Assembly: GCA_003169735.1 (NCBI GenBank)
Contig: PNAP01000042.1
Span: 23,612-87,611, forward strand
From: Chloroflexota bacterium
GTDB lineage: Bacteria > Chloroflexota > Limnocylindria > Limnocylindrales > CSP1-4
Direction of reading: 5' to 3'
Length of the DNA stretch: 64,000 bases
The position numbers and the translations under genes were made by a program. Of this stretch, positions 1 through 10,791 are shown piece after piece (the stretch's first letter is position 1; each line of letters starts with the position of its first letter). The notes under the pieces were generated by a model. That model saw only the letters and a program-made list of their open reading frames with translations, searched no databases and was not told where the DNA came from.

Positions 1-2
1 AG

Positions 3-980
3 CACTTCAACCACATCCCGTGGCCGGCCGTCGAGGCGCTCCAGGTCATCCCGCGCGATCTGCGGCGCGAGATCGTCGGGGGGCTGCTCGAGAACGACAT
101 CCTCGGTTTCCAGACCGACCACTACGCGACCAACTTCCTGCTCGCCGCCGAGGCGTTCGTGCCTGACGCCCGGGTCGACCCGGACGGCCGCAACGTGCGC
201 TGGCACGACCGGACCATCTGGGTCCGGTCCTACCCCATCTCGCTCGATCCCGACGCGTTGCGGGCGTTCGCGGCAGGACCTGCCGTGGCCGAGGCGATGA
301 CGCATCTCACCGAACGCCTCGAACGTGCCGGAAAGCCGCGCCTGATCGTGCGCGTCGACCGACTCGAGCCCTCCAAGAACGCACTGCGTGGCTTCCTGGC
401 GTTCGAGTCGCTGCTGGAGCGGAGGCCGGACCTGCGCCCGACCGTCCGCTTCCTGGCCATCCAATCGACCAGCAGGGAGAACATCCCCGAGTACGCGCGC
501 TACGCAGTGGCCGTGCGCGAGGTCGTCGCTCGGGTCAACGGAATGGCCGATCCCGAGGAGCAGCCCATCTGGCTGCTCGACGGCAGCGACCGAGCGCTTG
601 CCATCGCCGCGTTGCGACTCGCTCACACTGTCCTCGTCAACCCCATCGTCGACGGCATGAACCTGGTCGCCAAGGAGGCCGTCCTCGTCGCGCAACCGGT
701 GCTCATCCTGTCGGAGACGGCCGGCGCCGCCGAGCAACTGGCGGGCGACAGCCTCGCAGTCACGGCCGCCGACGTCGCGGGCACCAGCCGGACCATGGAA
801 CGGGCACTCGCGATGAGTGATGAAGAGCGAATCCGTCGCGCGCGTCGGCTGCGAGCGAGCGTCCGCGATGAGGATCTGTCGTGGTGGCTCGGCCGCCAGG
901 TCCGCGATCTCGCCGCGGTAGCCGCGGGTCGCCGCCCGCCGAGCCGTCAGCTGCGCGACGCGATGAGGCGGTCGAGCTAG
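3..980 (+). CDS. otsA: Trehalose-6-phosphate synthase (GT20), 5'-truncated by the window edge
   Basis: Frame open from nt 3 with HFNHIPWP and LGFQT; later RVDRLEPSKN and DGMNLVAKE, all GT20/TPS motifs. Confidence 0.92.
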   Translation, partial: HFNHIPWPAVEALQVIPRDLRREIVGGLLENDILGFQTDHYATNFLLAAEAFVPDARVDPDGRNVRWHDRTIWVRSYPISLDPDALRAFAAGPAVAEAMTHLTERLERAGKPRLIVRVDRLEPSKNALRGFLAFESLLERRPDLRPTVRFLAIQSTSRENIPEYARYAVAVREVVARVNGMADPEEQPIWLLDGSDRALAIAALRLAHTVLVNPIVDGMNLVAKEAVLVAQPVLILSETAGAAEQLAGDSLAVTAADVAGTSRTMERALAMSDEERIRRARRLRASVRDEDLSWWLGRQVRDLAAVAAGRRPPSRQLRDAMRRSS

Positions 981-1822
981 GCGCTCGAGGGAGCGAGGTG
1001 TCGGGCCATGCCCCACAGCAGCCGTGCCGCCTCGGCCGGGGAGGTGAGCACCAGATCGGCCGCCTCGGCGACCGCGACAGGGACCTCCGACCGAGCCTGG
1101 ACAGCGATGGCGAGCCCCTCGATCCGGTGATCGGCACGTGCCTCGCGGAGCGCGATGAAGGCCTCCGCGTCGGAGATGTCATCGCCGAGCGTGATCGCCG
1201 CCCTGGGCTGATGCTCGGCGAGCAGGCCGCGCATCGCGTCGCCCTTGGCCGGCGACCCGGCAGGCCGCAGCTCCATCACGCGCCTGCCGGGAAAGCGCTG
1301 GAGCTCCTGATCGGGATCGAGCGACTCCACGGCGGCGCTGACGCGCGCGCCCGCACTGTCGACGTCAGGCGCGGCCCGGAAGTGGAACGCGACCGAGCCG
1401 CCCTTGCGCTCGACGATCAGCCACGGTTCGCCGATCACTCTGGGCACGCCAGTGGCGAGCCGCTCGGCGACCGCCGCATGGGCCGCACCGACGGCCGGCA
1501 CGTGCACGAGCATCCCCCCGGCGCGGCCGCGACGTGGGAGGTAGCCCTTCTCCACGCCGTGGTTGCCGAGATACGTGGCGCCGCCGATCCGTGTGCGACT
1601 CGCCACGTCGGCGGCGGTCCGTCCCGAGAGGATCGCCACGTGGACCCCATCGACGCCGGCCAGGCGCCGCAACGCTCGCTGGGCGAGCGGCAGCATCCGC
1701 GCCGCCCACGGATCGAGGTTGATGTCACTGAGCGTCCCATCGAAGTCCGAGACGATGAGCAGCGGCCGCAGTTTCAGCAACGGCCGGATGGCCACGAGCG
1801 CCTCGCGCCCGGTCACCGTCAC
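977..1822 (-). CDS. otsB: Trehalose-6-phosphate phosphatase (HAD family)
   Basis: SDFDGTL, ILSGR, GNHG, ELRP..KG and GDDISD HAD/TPP motifs; convergent with otsA. Confidence 0.92.
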   Translation of the reverse strand: MTVTGREALVAIRPLLKLRPLLIVSDFDGTLSDINLDPWAARMLPLAQRALRRLAGVDGVHVAILSGRTAADVASRTRIGGATYLGNHGVEKGYLPRRGRAGGMLVHVPAVGAAHAAVAERLATGVPRVIGEPWLIVERKGGSVAFHFRAAPDVDSAGARVSAAVESLDPDQELQRFPGRRVMELRPAGSPAKGDAMRGLLAEHQPRAAITLGDDISDAEAFIALREARADHRIEGLAIAVQARSEVPVAVAEAADLVLTSPAEAARLLWGMARHLAPSSA

Positions 1823-2529
1823 GGGCTGAGGACGAGGTCGGGCAGCACGGTGTGGATGCTGTCGATGAACTGCTGGCGGTCGGCGCCGCCGTAGAGGAAC
1901 GCGGCGATGTGGCCGTCAGCCGTGACCCAGTAGTGGACCGGCAGCGCGTACGCGCCCCAGGTCTTCTGCGCGGCACCGTCGTGGTCGAGTCCGGTCGGGA
2001 TGTCGATGTTGAGCGAGTCGAGGAAGGTCCCGACGGTGTCCTCGTCCTCGCCGACATCGACGATCAGCACGGTCATCTTGTCGGCCAGCTGCGGGTCGAG
2101 CGCCTCCATTGCCGGGAGCTCGTCGCGACAGGACGGGCACCAGGTGGCCATGAAGTCGATCCAGATGGGCTGCCCGACGATGGCGCTGGTATCGATCTGG
2201 CCGCCGCCGAGCTGGTCGAGCAGCAGCGCCGGCGCGCGATCACCCACCTTCAGGCCGACCGGTGCGGGCGAAGGCGTCAGCGACGGGCTCGGCGTGATCG
2301 AAGGTGACGGGCTCGAAGCGGCCGTCGCGGTCGCCGGCACGGACGACGGAGTGGCGGAGGCGGCCGGTGGCGTGGACGCGGCAGTGATGGATGATGGCGC
2401 CGGCGTGATGCTCGGTACCGTCGAGGGGATCGACTCCGGTCGGCCGAGCGCGAATGCGACGAACCCTGCCAGAGCGATCAAGACCACGAACAGGCCCGCC
2501 AAAACTCCGGCGGCGATGGGTCCACGCAT
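1819..2529 (-). CDS. Membrane-anchored TlpA/ResA-like thiol-disulfide oxidoreductase
   Basis: N-terminal TM helix, Ser/Thr/Pro linker, FMATWCPSCRDELP; ATG at 2529 preceded by TACACT. Confidence 0.85.
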   Translation of the reverse strand: MRGPIAAGVLAGLFVVLIALAGFVAFALGRPESIPSTVPSITPAPSSITAASTPPAASATPSSVPATATAASSPSPSITPSPSLTPSPAPVGLKVGDRAPALLLDQLGGGQIDTSAIVGQPIWIDFMATWCPSCRDELPAMEALDPQLADKMTVLIVDVGEDEDTVGTFLDSLNIDIPTGLDHDGAAQKTWGAYALPVHYWVTADGHIAAFLYGGADRQQFIDSIHTVLPDLVLSP

Positions 2530-2651
2530 GTCCGGCGAGTGTACGCCGGGGGCGCCGCTCGGCCGTTCGGGGGCGCCGGGGTGTCGAGGCGCGTGGTGCC
2601 GAGAAGCCATGCGGGGAGCGCTGCGACTCGCCCGGGGTAGCATCGTCGCTC

Positions 2652-3452
2652 ATGCGCTTACTCGCGAGGATCGTCGGCCGCATCGTCCCAGCGTTGCTGA
2701 TGGCCGCCGGCGTGACGCTCGTCGCGACGGGGCTGCTGTCGTACGCGGCGCCATCCGGCGCACGGAACGCCGCATCTCCCTCGGACTCGGCGGCCGTCCC
2801 GACGCCAAGCACGATCTTCGCCGCTACGCCCTTGCCGCCCGATTCGCTTCCCCCCACCCTGAGCGCGACGCCGATCGCGCCCACGGCCACACCCAGCCCG
2901 GCGACGTCGGGCGCCGTGCCATCTGCGACGGCCACGGCTTCGAGCCCTCCTGCCCCGACCGTCACGCGGGTCGCGCTGCCGGCCCTCGGCATCGACCTGC
3001 CGGTCATCTCGCGCCTGCAGCCGGTCCCCGGGCAGGGCCCCGACTTCTACCCGCCGTGCGACGTCGCCATAGATGACGATGCCTTCGTTCAGCCGAGCCA
3101 GGCGGGCACCACGTACCTGTATGCGCACGCTCAGGCGGGCATGTTCCTGCCCTTGCTCCTGGCGTCGCGGCAACCGGACAGCGGAGCCTCGATGCTCGGC
3201 GACCTGATCGAGGTCTACACCGACGACGATCGCCTGTACGTCTACTCCGTCGACCAGGTCAAGCGCCACGCCACCGACTTCGCCATCGCCGCGACGTCAC
3301 CGGGCCAGTACCAGGTCGTGCTGCAGACCAGCGAGGGTCCCTTCGGCACCGTCCTCAAGCTCCAGGTCGCCGGCGACCTCGTGCGTGAGCTGCCCGCCAC
3401 CGATGCCGACGCCCACCCGACCCCGCAGCCCAGGGCCTGCTATCCGGGCTGA
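2652..3452 (+). CDS. Sortase-fold protein with atypical active site (His/Ser/Lys)
   Basis: TM anchor, PST linker, then RVALPALGIDLPV, TTYLYAHA, GDLIEVYT..YVYSV and VVLQTS..KLQV matching sortase strand order. Confidence 0.7.
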   Translation: MRLLARIVGRIVPALLMAAGVTLVATGLLSYAAPSGARNAASPSDSAAVPTPSTIFAATPLPPDSLPPTLSATPIAPTATPSPATSGAVPSATATASSPPAPTVTRVALPALGIDLPVISRLQPVPGQGPDFYPPCDVAIDDDAFVQPSQAGTTYLYAHAQAGMFLPLLLASRQPDSGASMLGDLIEVYTDDDRLYVYSVDQVKRHATDFAIAATSPGQYQVVLQTSEGPFGTVLKLQVAGDLVRELPATDADAHPTPQPRACYPG

Positions 3453-3462
3453 AGGTCGAACG

Positions 3463-4515
3463 TCAGATCCAGTCGATGCGCCGGAAGTAGATGAAGGCGG
3501 CGACCCCGAGAGCGACCATGAACCCGGTGATGAGCCAGAAGCCCGGCTGTTCAGCGAAATCCAGTGCGAGTCCCGCCTCGCTCATGCCGAAGATGCCCGC
3601 CACCGCCCCGACGCCGGCGAGGATGACGGTCACCGCGGTCAACCGCTTCATGACCTCCGAGAGGTTGTTGTTGACGGTCGAGAGATAAGCGTCGAGCGAC
3701 GTGCTGACGAGCTCCCGATAGCTGTCGAGCTCGTCCGTGAGGCGGATGAGGTGGTCGTAGACGTCGCGGAAATAGATGACCCGATCGGGGTTGATGAGCG
3801 GGTTCTCGCGGTTGGTGAGCTGGTTGAAGACCTCGCGCTCCGGGCTCACCGCGTGGCGAATCTCGAGCAGCTCGCGGCGCACCGTGAAAAGGCGCTCGAT
3901 GACGTACTTGGTGGGGCGCCGAAGGACGTCGTCCTGGAGGTCCTCGATCTCGTCGCCGAGCTTGTCGAAGACGGGGAAGTAGCCGTCGACGGCGGCATCG
4001 ACGACCGCCCAGAGCATGTGATCGACGCCGACGCCGAGGAAATGGCCGGCCCCGTTGCGCTTGACATTGGCCTTCTCGGCGGGCCGCCACTCCGGCGGAT
4101 GGGAGGTCAACAGGAAACGCTTGCCGAGGACCATGTCGAGTTCCGCCGGGGCGAGCTCGCCCTCGTAGAGGAGGGCGAACAGGACCACGTGCATGATCCC
4201 CGCCGTGTATTCGATCTTGGCGCGCTGGTTGCGCTCGATGATGTCCTCGACGATGAGCGGGTGCAGCTCGAGGCAGTCGGCGATCCGACGCAGGGTCGGC
4301 GTCGAGGCGTTCTCGAGGTCGACCCAGAGGCGCGTCGTCGGGTCGTGATGCGCGTCCTGGATGGCTTCGACGGTGTCGACTTCGACGGTCGAGCCGTCGG
4401 GGCGCCAGACGAAGCCGCGGATGGGGCCGTCCGGCGCCTCTCCGTCCGTGTCGGGCGGGACGTCAGAGTGCGAGTGCGGCCTGGGCGGCTCCGTCGTCGG
4501 CATCGCTTCCGTCAT
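3463..4515 (-). CDS. corA: CorA-family divalent cation transporter
   Basis: LHPLIVEDI..QRAKIE, YFRDVYDHL, MKRLT and two C-terminal TM helices; signature reads GMS instead of GMN. Confidence 0.88.
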   Translation of the reverse strand: MTEAMPTTEPPRPHSHSDVPPDTDGEAPDGPIRGFVWRPDGSTVEVDTVEAIQDAHHDPTTRLWVDLENASTPTLRRIADCLELHPLIVEDIIERNQRAKIEYTAGIMHVVLFALLYEGELAPAELDMVLGKRFLLTSHPPEWRPAEKANVKRNGAGHFLGVGVDHMLWAVVDAAVDGYFPVFDKLGDEIEDLQDDVLRRPTKYVIERLFTVRRELLEIRHAVSPEREVFNQLTNRENPLINPDRVIYFRDVYDHLIRLTDELDSYRELVSTSLDAYLSTVNNNLSEVMKRLTAVTVILAGVGAVAGIFGMSEAGLALDFAEQPGFWLITGFMVALGVAAFIYFRRIDWI

Positions 4516-6088
4516 CGGCCGGGATCGTACGCTGATCGACCGACCGTCGGGAAGGGCGTCCCATGAGCAGCGTCGGGATGACGGCGACGACCATCACGCC
4601 GGCCGCCACGAGCATCAGCCCGGCCAGGATGCCGGCCGCCTGCTGGCTTGCCCATCGCTCGAGATAGTCGACCACCAGGCCGTCCTGGAGCGGTCGACCC
4701 TGGAGCGCGGGCGGCAGGACCGCGTCGCGGGCGACCGGATCGACCAGCACGGCGCTCAGCTCGGAGATGCGATTCGACCCGAACCCGGTCAGGACGGCGA
4801 GGCCGACGGCCATGCCCGCCATCCGCGCCACGGTCACGCCCGCCGAGGCGACGCCGAAGGCCTGCCGGCCGAGCGCCTCGACCGCGGCCGTGCTGCGCGG
4901 CGTGACGGTCAACCCGAAACCGAGCCCGAACAGGCTCACTCCGCCAACCACCACCGCAAGGTCAGTGGTTGCGTCAGCACGCGCGAGGACGAGCAACCCG
5001 CCGATGCTGATGGCCAGGCCGAGGAGGCTGAGCCACATCGCCGAGAGGATGCGCAGCGCGAAACCCGATACCAGCGCGCCGACGGCCACCGCCAGCGCCA
5101 GCGACCCGAGGACGAGACGCTGTTCGTCCGGGCCTGCATAGCGGACGCGGTCGACGAAGACGGCCGCGCCGATGATGGCCGTCGCGAGCGCGTACCCGGT
5201 CAGCAGGCTGACCAGCACGGCCGAGCCGAAGACACGGTTGCGCAGCAGCCGCAGGTCGAGGAACGGATCCTTCGTCCGCGTGTTGCGGATGACCGCCAGC
5301 GCGCCGATGACCAGCGTCGCCACGCCGAGTTCCAGCGCGCCCGGGAACGTTGCGTCGGTCTCGCCGAGACGCGTCAGCGCCAGCAGGCCGGTCGCCAGCG
5401 TGGCCGTGAACAGGCCCGCCCCGAAGAGGTCGAGGCCGCCCTGGCGCGTGGGTCGTGGCCACGACGGCGCCGCCGCCCACAGGTAGATGAGCCCGAGGAT
5501 GGCGAGCGGCGCTCCGAGATAGAAGATCCAGCGCCACGCCGGAACGGCAAGATCGGCGAGCGTGGAGTGGGCGAGGCCAGCGCTGGCGAGAGCGGGGCCG
5601 AGCTGGTACGTCTCGAGCACGAACGCTCCCGCGACCGGCCCGATGGCCATGCCCAGGAAGGTGAAGGCGCCCACGACGCCGAGTGCCCGGGCCCGCGCTT
5701 GACCCTCGAACAGGTAGCTCGCCCCGGCCGTGGCGAGGGGCACGATGGCACCCGCCCCGATGCCCTGGAAGACGCGCGCCAGGATGAGCTGGTCGAGCGT
5801 CTGTGCCGCGCCCGACAGCACCGAGCCGATGGCGAACGAGATGAGCGACAGCGCGAACAGCCGCGGCAGCCCGAAGCGGTCCGCGGCGCGACCGGCGAGC
5901 GGCATGATCGAGATGTACGTCAGCGCGTAGCCGTTGACGATCCAGGACGCTCGGCGCAGCTCCGTCCAGCCGGCCAGGTCGGCCACGATGGACGGCAGCG
6001 CCACAGCCGTGATCATCAACTCGACGCCCACCAGGCAGGCGCCCCCGCTGAGCGCCGCCAGCAGCAGCAGTCGACCCCGTGAGCTCAT
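4463..6088 (-). CDS. MFS transporter (DHA2/EmrB-like)
   Basis: VALPSI, WIVNGY, GRAADRFG, ARVFQGIG and WRWIFY motifs; many hydrophobic helices; ATG 6088 preceded by TACACT. Confidence 0.88.
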   Translation of the reverse strand: MSSRGRLLLLAALSGGACLVGVELMITAVALPSIVADLAGWTELRRASWIVNGYALTYISIMPLAGRAADRFGLPRLFALSLISFAIGSVLSGAAQTLDQLILARVFQGIGAGAIVPLATAGASYLFEGQARARALGVVGAFTFLGMAIGPVAGAFVLETYQLGPALASAGLAHSTLADLAVPAWRWIFYLGAPLAILGLIYLWAAAPSWPRPTRQGGLDLFGAGLFTATLATGLLALTRLGETDATFPGALELGVATLVIGALAVIRNTRTKDPFLDLRLLRNRVFGSAVLVSLLTGYALATAIIGAAVFVDRVRYAGPDEQRLVLGSLALAVAVGALVSGFALRILSAMWLSLLGLAISIGGLLVLARADATTDLAVVVGGVSLFGLGFGLTVTPRSTAAVEALGRQAFGVASAGVTVARMAGMAVGLAVLTGFGSNRISELSAVLVDPVARDAVLPPALQGRPLQDGLVVDYLERWASQQAAGILAGLMLVAAGVMVVAVIPTLLMGRPSRRSVDQRTIPADDGSDADDGAAQAALAL

Positions 6089-6120
6089 TGGCGGAGTGTA
6101 GGGCGCCGATAGGTGAGCCC

Positions 6121-6180
6121 TTGACAGTGCCGCGAAGTCAGGTAGTATCAACGCAGCTTTATATGAAGCCTCGTTGATAC
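6121..6180 (+). promoter_or_regulatory. Sigma70-type promoter overlapped by an inverted-repeat operator (probable ArsR site)
   Basis: TTGACA (6121-6126), 16 nt, TAGTAT (6143-6148); inverted repeat GTATCAACG (6145-6153) / CGTTGATAC (6172-6180). Confidence 0.65.
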
Positions 6181-6202
6181 ATCAGGAGCGCCAGCCCGAT
6201 CC

Positions 6203-6565
6203 GTGCCGAGTCCCGCCCGCATCCGCTCGACCATCGCCACGCTGACGGCGCCCCCCGAGGATCTGCGCGAGGTCGCCGTCTACCACAAGGCCCTCGCCGA
6301 CCCCACGCGTCTGAGCATCCTGCGGCGCCTGGCCGACGCGCCGGGCACGGTGACCGAGCTGATCGACCACGTCGACCTTTCGCAGCCGCTCGTGTCGTGG
6401 CACCTGCGCCGCCTCAAGGCGGCCGGCCTGATCGAGATGCAGCGCAACGGCCGCGAGGTCATCTGCTCGCTGCGCCGCGACACCATCGACGCCTACCGCG
6501 AACGCGAGCGCGCGTTACTGGCGCCGGCTGCCGCCACGCCTGACCGAACCCCCAGCGCCGCCTGA
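6203..6565 (+). CDS. ArsR/SmtB-family transcriptional regulator
   Basis: KALADPTRLSIL..TVTEL..LSQPLVSWHLRRLKAAGLI winged HTH; RBS AGGAG upstream. Confidence 0.9.
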   Translation: MPSPARIRSTIATLTAPPEDLREVAVYHKALADPTRLSILRRLADAPGTVTELIDHVDLSQPLVSWHLRRLKAAGLIEMQRNGREVICSLRRDTIDAYRERERALLAPAAATPDRTPSAA

Positions 6566-6576
6566 GTCGCAACGTC

Positions 6577-7215
6577 ATGCCTGATGGTTCGGTCGTCTCC
6601 GTCGCCACTCGCGATCGGTGGCGCGCGCGGGTGGAGCCGTTCGCCCGCGGCTTCGGACGGCTGGGGCTGACGCCCAACGCGCTGACCGTCCTTGGCTTCG
6701 GCATCTCCGGCGTCGCCGCCATCACGGCCGGTCTCCAATGGTGGATCGCGGCCGGGGTCATCAGCATGGGCGGCGCCGCCTTCGACATGTTCGATGGCGC
6801 CCTTGCCCGCGCGACCGGCACCGCCAGCGTCTTTGGGGCGTTCCTCGACAGCACCCTCGACCGGTGGGGAGAGGCGGTCGTCTACATCGGCATCGTCGCT
6901 GGCGGCTTCGCGGCCGGCGACTCGCTCACCGTCATCCTCGCCGCGCTCGCGATGAGTGCCGCGTTCATGGTCAGCTATGCCCGGGCCAAGGCCGAGAGCC
7001 TTGGCTTCAAGGGCGAAGTCGGCATCGCTCCGCGCCCCGAGCGCATCGTCATCCTCGGCGTCGGCCTCATCCTCGCCGGCATCACCCGCGGTCCGGCCAA
7101 CGGCCCGTGGCTCCAGATCGCCCTGGCGGCCATCGCCGCCCTCAGCAGCATCACCGTCGTCCAGCGGATCCTTCATGTCCGCGCCCAGGCATCACAGTCG
7201 GAGGTCTCTCACTGA
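6577..7215 (+). CDS. pgsA: CDP-alcohol phosphatidyltransferase, phosphatidylinositol-phosphate synthase type
   Basis: [26 protein letters not shown] signature, VSYARAKAE and RPER as in actinobacterial PIP synthases; adjacent to ino1. Confidence 0.85.
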   Translation: MPDGSVVSVATRDRWRARVEPFARGFGRLGLTPNALTVLGFGISGVAAITAGLQWWIAAGVISMGGAAFDMFDGALARATGTASVFGAFLDSTLDRWGEAVVYIGIVAGGFAAGDSLTVILAALAMSAAFMVSYARAKAESLGFKGEVGIAPRPERIVILGVGLILAGITRGPANGPWLQIALAAIAALSSITVVQRILHVRAQASQSEVSH

Positions 7216-7216
7216 C

Positions 7217-8482
<1,266 letters not shown>

Positions 8483-8486
8483 TCGT

Positions 8487-8699
8487 CTAGATCGATCCGC
8501 GCAGCGCCAGGAACAGGTTCAGCGCCACGACCATCAGGACGCCGACAACCATCAGGACGCCGACGACCACGGCCGCGACCCCAGCCTGGATGAGCGACCA
8601 GGCGACCACGAGCACGACGATCGGACCGACGAACAGCTCCCACGCATCGCCGATCAGGAAGTCGTACAGGAACGCGCCGAAGGCACGCACGTAGCTCAT
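8487..8699 (-). CDS. Small two-helix membrane protein
   Basis: MSYVRAFGAFLYDFLIGD.. hydrophobic; directly downstream of and co-oriented with the 8713-9489 gene. Confidence 0.65.
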   Translation of the reverse strand: MSYVRAFGAFLYDFLIGDAWELFVGPIVVLVVAWSLIQAGVAAVVVGVLMVVGVLMVVALNLFLALRGSI

Positions 8700-8712
8700 C
8701 GCGGCGTCGCCC

Positions 8713-9489
8713 TCATTTCGCCGCGAACGCCGCCGCCGCACCACCGCGGCGGCGTCGTCGTGTCTCGAGCATGGCGCGCGACAACCAGATCGCCACGAGG
8801 CCTGCGCTGGCGTACGCCACGACCAGCATCAGGATGGTGAGATCTCCCGTCGGCCAGTCGATGCCGATGCCCTCGCCCGCCCAGAACGTGCCGAACGTGA
8901 TGAGCATGATGCCGACCACGAACTTGAGCCCGTTCTCCGGGACCCGCGAAAGTGGTCGGTGGACGACCACGCCGATCAGGGCGACCGAGAGGCATGCGAC
9001 CAGCGCGCCGGCGGCCGCCGGCAGGAGTTGCCCGGCCGACGAGCCGAAGGTGACGACGATGAAGGCGACCTCGAGCCCTTCGAGCAGGACGCCCTTGAAG
9101 GCGACCGCGAAGGAAACGCCATCGAGGCCATGCTCCGGGACCGGCGCCTCCTGTCGGAGGCGTCCCTCGAGTGCGCCGTAGATCTGCGTCTCGTCGTGTT
9201 TCGCCTTGGCACCGGCCGCCCGCAGGATGGCCTTGCACGTCCACTGCAAGCCGTAGATGAGCAGCAGGCTGCCGATGACGAGTCGGAGCGCACCGATGGG
9301 CACGAACAGGACGATGGCCGTCCCGAAGACGGCGATGATGAGTGCCAGGACGGCCAGGCCGGTTGCCACCCCGTAGAGAGCCGATCGCCACTGCCGCGTG
9401 ACCCCGACGGCGAGCACGATGGTGAGCGCCTCGACCGCCTCGACCGCCGACGCGAGGAACGCGGGCACGACCGCGACGAACGGATCCAC
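8713..9489 (-). CDS. Membrane protein, COG4280/GDT1-like putative metal transporter
   Basis: Duplicated acidic helix motifs AFLASAVEAVEA and FKGVLLEGLEV; GTG start with AGGAGG RBS. Confidence 0.7.
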   Translation of the reverse strand: MDPFVAVVPAFLASAVEAVEALTIVLAVGVTRQWRSALYGVATGLAVLALIIAVFGTAIVLFVPIGALRLVIGSLLLIYGLQWTCKAILRAAGAKAKHDETQIYGALEGRLRQEAPVPEHGLDGVSFAVAFKGVLLEGLEVAFIVVTFGSSAGQLLPAAAGALVACLSVALIGVVVHRPLSRVPENGLKFVVGIMLITFGTFWAGEGIGIDWPTGDLTILMLVVAYASAGLVAIWLSRAMLETRRRRRGGAAAAFAAK

Positions 9490-9592
9490 GCCACCTCCTC
9501 GATGGTCTGCTCTCGATGGCAATGACGGTACCAGCATGGCGCCGAGCCGGCCGCCGAGGCCGGCGAGTTGACGGGTCCGTCGCTCCGACCTA

Positions 9593-10786
9593 GTGTCGCC
9601 TTCCCATCCTGCATCGGCTTGGTTGCCGATCTTCCTCGAGGACCATCCACGGATCGTGCCGACACCGAATGCCATGCCTCCGGAGGGGCGATCGAGCGAC
9701 GGCGCTCCGCGCACCGGGCGGCTCGGGCGCTGGGCGGCTCCAGGTGCCGGTGCGGAGCCGGCGGAGACCGGCGTCGCCTACGCGCCGCATCGTCGTGCGG
9801 CGAGCGGCCGCATCGGTCGTGTAGTCCAGCGCGCCCGCGAGCGGACCGTCGTGTCGGGCTACCGCGCGACCTCGGGCGCATTGCAGCGCCTGCCGACCGC
9901 GGCCACGTTGCCGATGGCGCGCTCCCTCTTCCTGGCCGGCTACTGGGCGTGGCCGCAGAAGCGACGCATCATCGAGGCCAACGCGTCGCACATCCTCGGC
10001 CTTCCCGAGAGCGACCCGAGGGTCAGGCGGCTGGCGCGCCAGATCTATGCGACCTACTCGCGCTTCATCGTCGAATTGATGCGCCTGCCGGGCATGCCGG
10101 CTGATGCGCCGCTCGAACTCGTCCGCATCGACGATGAGCGCGGCCCGGATTCCTTCCTCGCCATCTGGGATCGGTATCGCGCACAGGGCCGCGGCCTGAT
10201 CGCGGTCAGCGGGCACATCGGCAGCATCGAGGTCTTCGCGGGTGCCTTCGCGGCCCGGGGCGTACCGACCTACGGCCTGGCCGACGACACGGCCTATCCG
10301 GAACTCTTCGAGCTGCTCAACCGCCAGCGCGCACGGTGGGGCGTCGGCATCATCCCGTGGCGCAACCTGCGCGAGGTGTATCGCGTGCTGCGCCAGCCGG
10401 CGGTGCTCGGCCTGGTGGTCGACTGGGGCTATCGCAGTGACGGCATCCCGGTCCGCCTCCTCGGCCGATGGACCGCGTTGCCCGCCGGTCCCGCCCAGCT
10501 CGCGGCACGGACCGGGGCGGTCATCCTGCCCGTCGTCAATCGCCGCCAACCTGATGGCAGCTATGTGGCCAGTCACGACGACCCGATCGAGGTCAGCGAT
10601 GCCTCGCCGGCCGAGCTGCTGCGGGCGACGCAGGCGGTCGCCGATGCCCTCGAGCGGATGGTCTCCGTCGCGCCGGATCAGTGGTACACGTTCAAACCGG
10701 TCTGGCCAGCGACCGCCGCCGAGGAGGAACGGCTGGCGTCGCGCGCCGCCGGGATGGCCGCGGCGACGGCCGTCGAGCGTCTCTGA
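9593..10786 (+). CDS. Lipid acyltransferase, PatA/LpxL-like (start uncertain, possibly ATG 9674)
   Basis: SGHIGSIE (HxxxxE), VVDWG, LPAGPAQLAARTGA, APDQWYTFKPVW. Confidence 0.82.
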   Translation: MSPSHPASAWLPIFLEDHPRIVPTPNAMPPEGRSSDGAPRTGRLGRWAAPGAGAEPAETGVAYAPHRRAASGRIGRVVQRARERTVVSGYRATSGALQRLPTAATLPMARSLFLAGYWAWPQKRRIIEANASHILGLPESDPRVRRLARQIYATYSRFIVELMRLPGMPADAPLELVRIDDERGPDSFLAIWDRYRAQGRGLIAVSGHIGSIEVFAGAFAARGVPTYGLADDTAYPELFELLNRQRARWGVGIIPWRNLREVYRVLRQPAVLGLVVDWGYRSDGIPVRLLGRWTALPAGPAQLAARTGAVILPVVNRRQPDGSYVASHDDPIEVSDASPAELLRATQAVADALERMVSVAPDQWYTFKPVWPATAAEEERLASRAAGMAAATAVERL

Positions 10787-10791
10787 AAGGC

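Noticed and set aside
977-980. Convergent otsA/otsB with overlapping stop codons
   Set aside because: Unusual orientation, but an ordinary trehalose pathway with no further signal.
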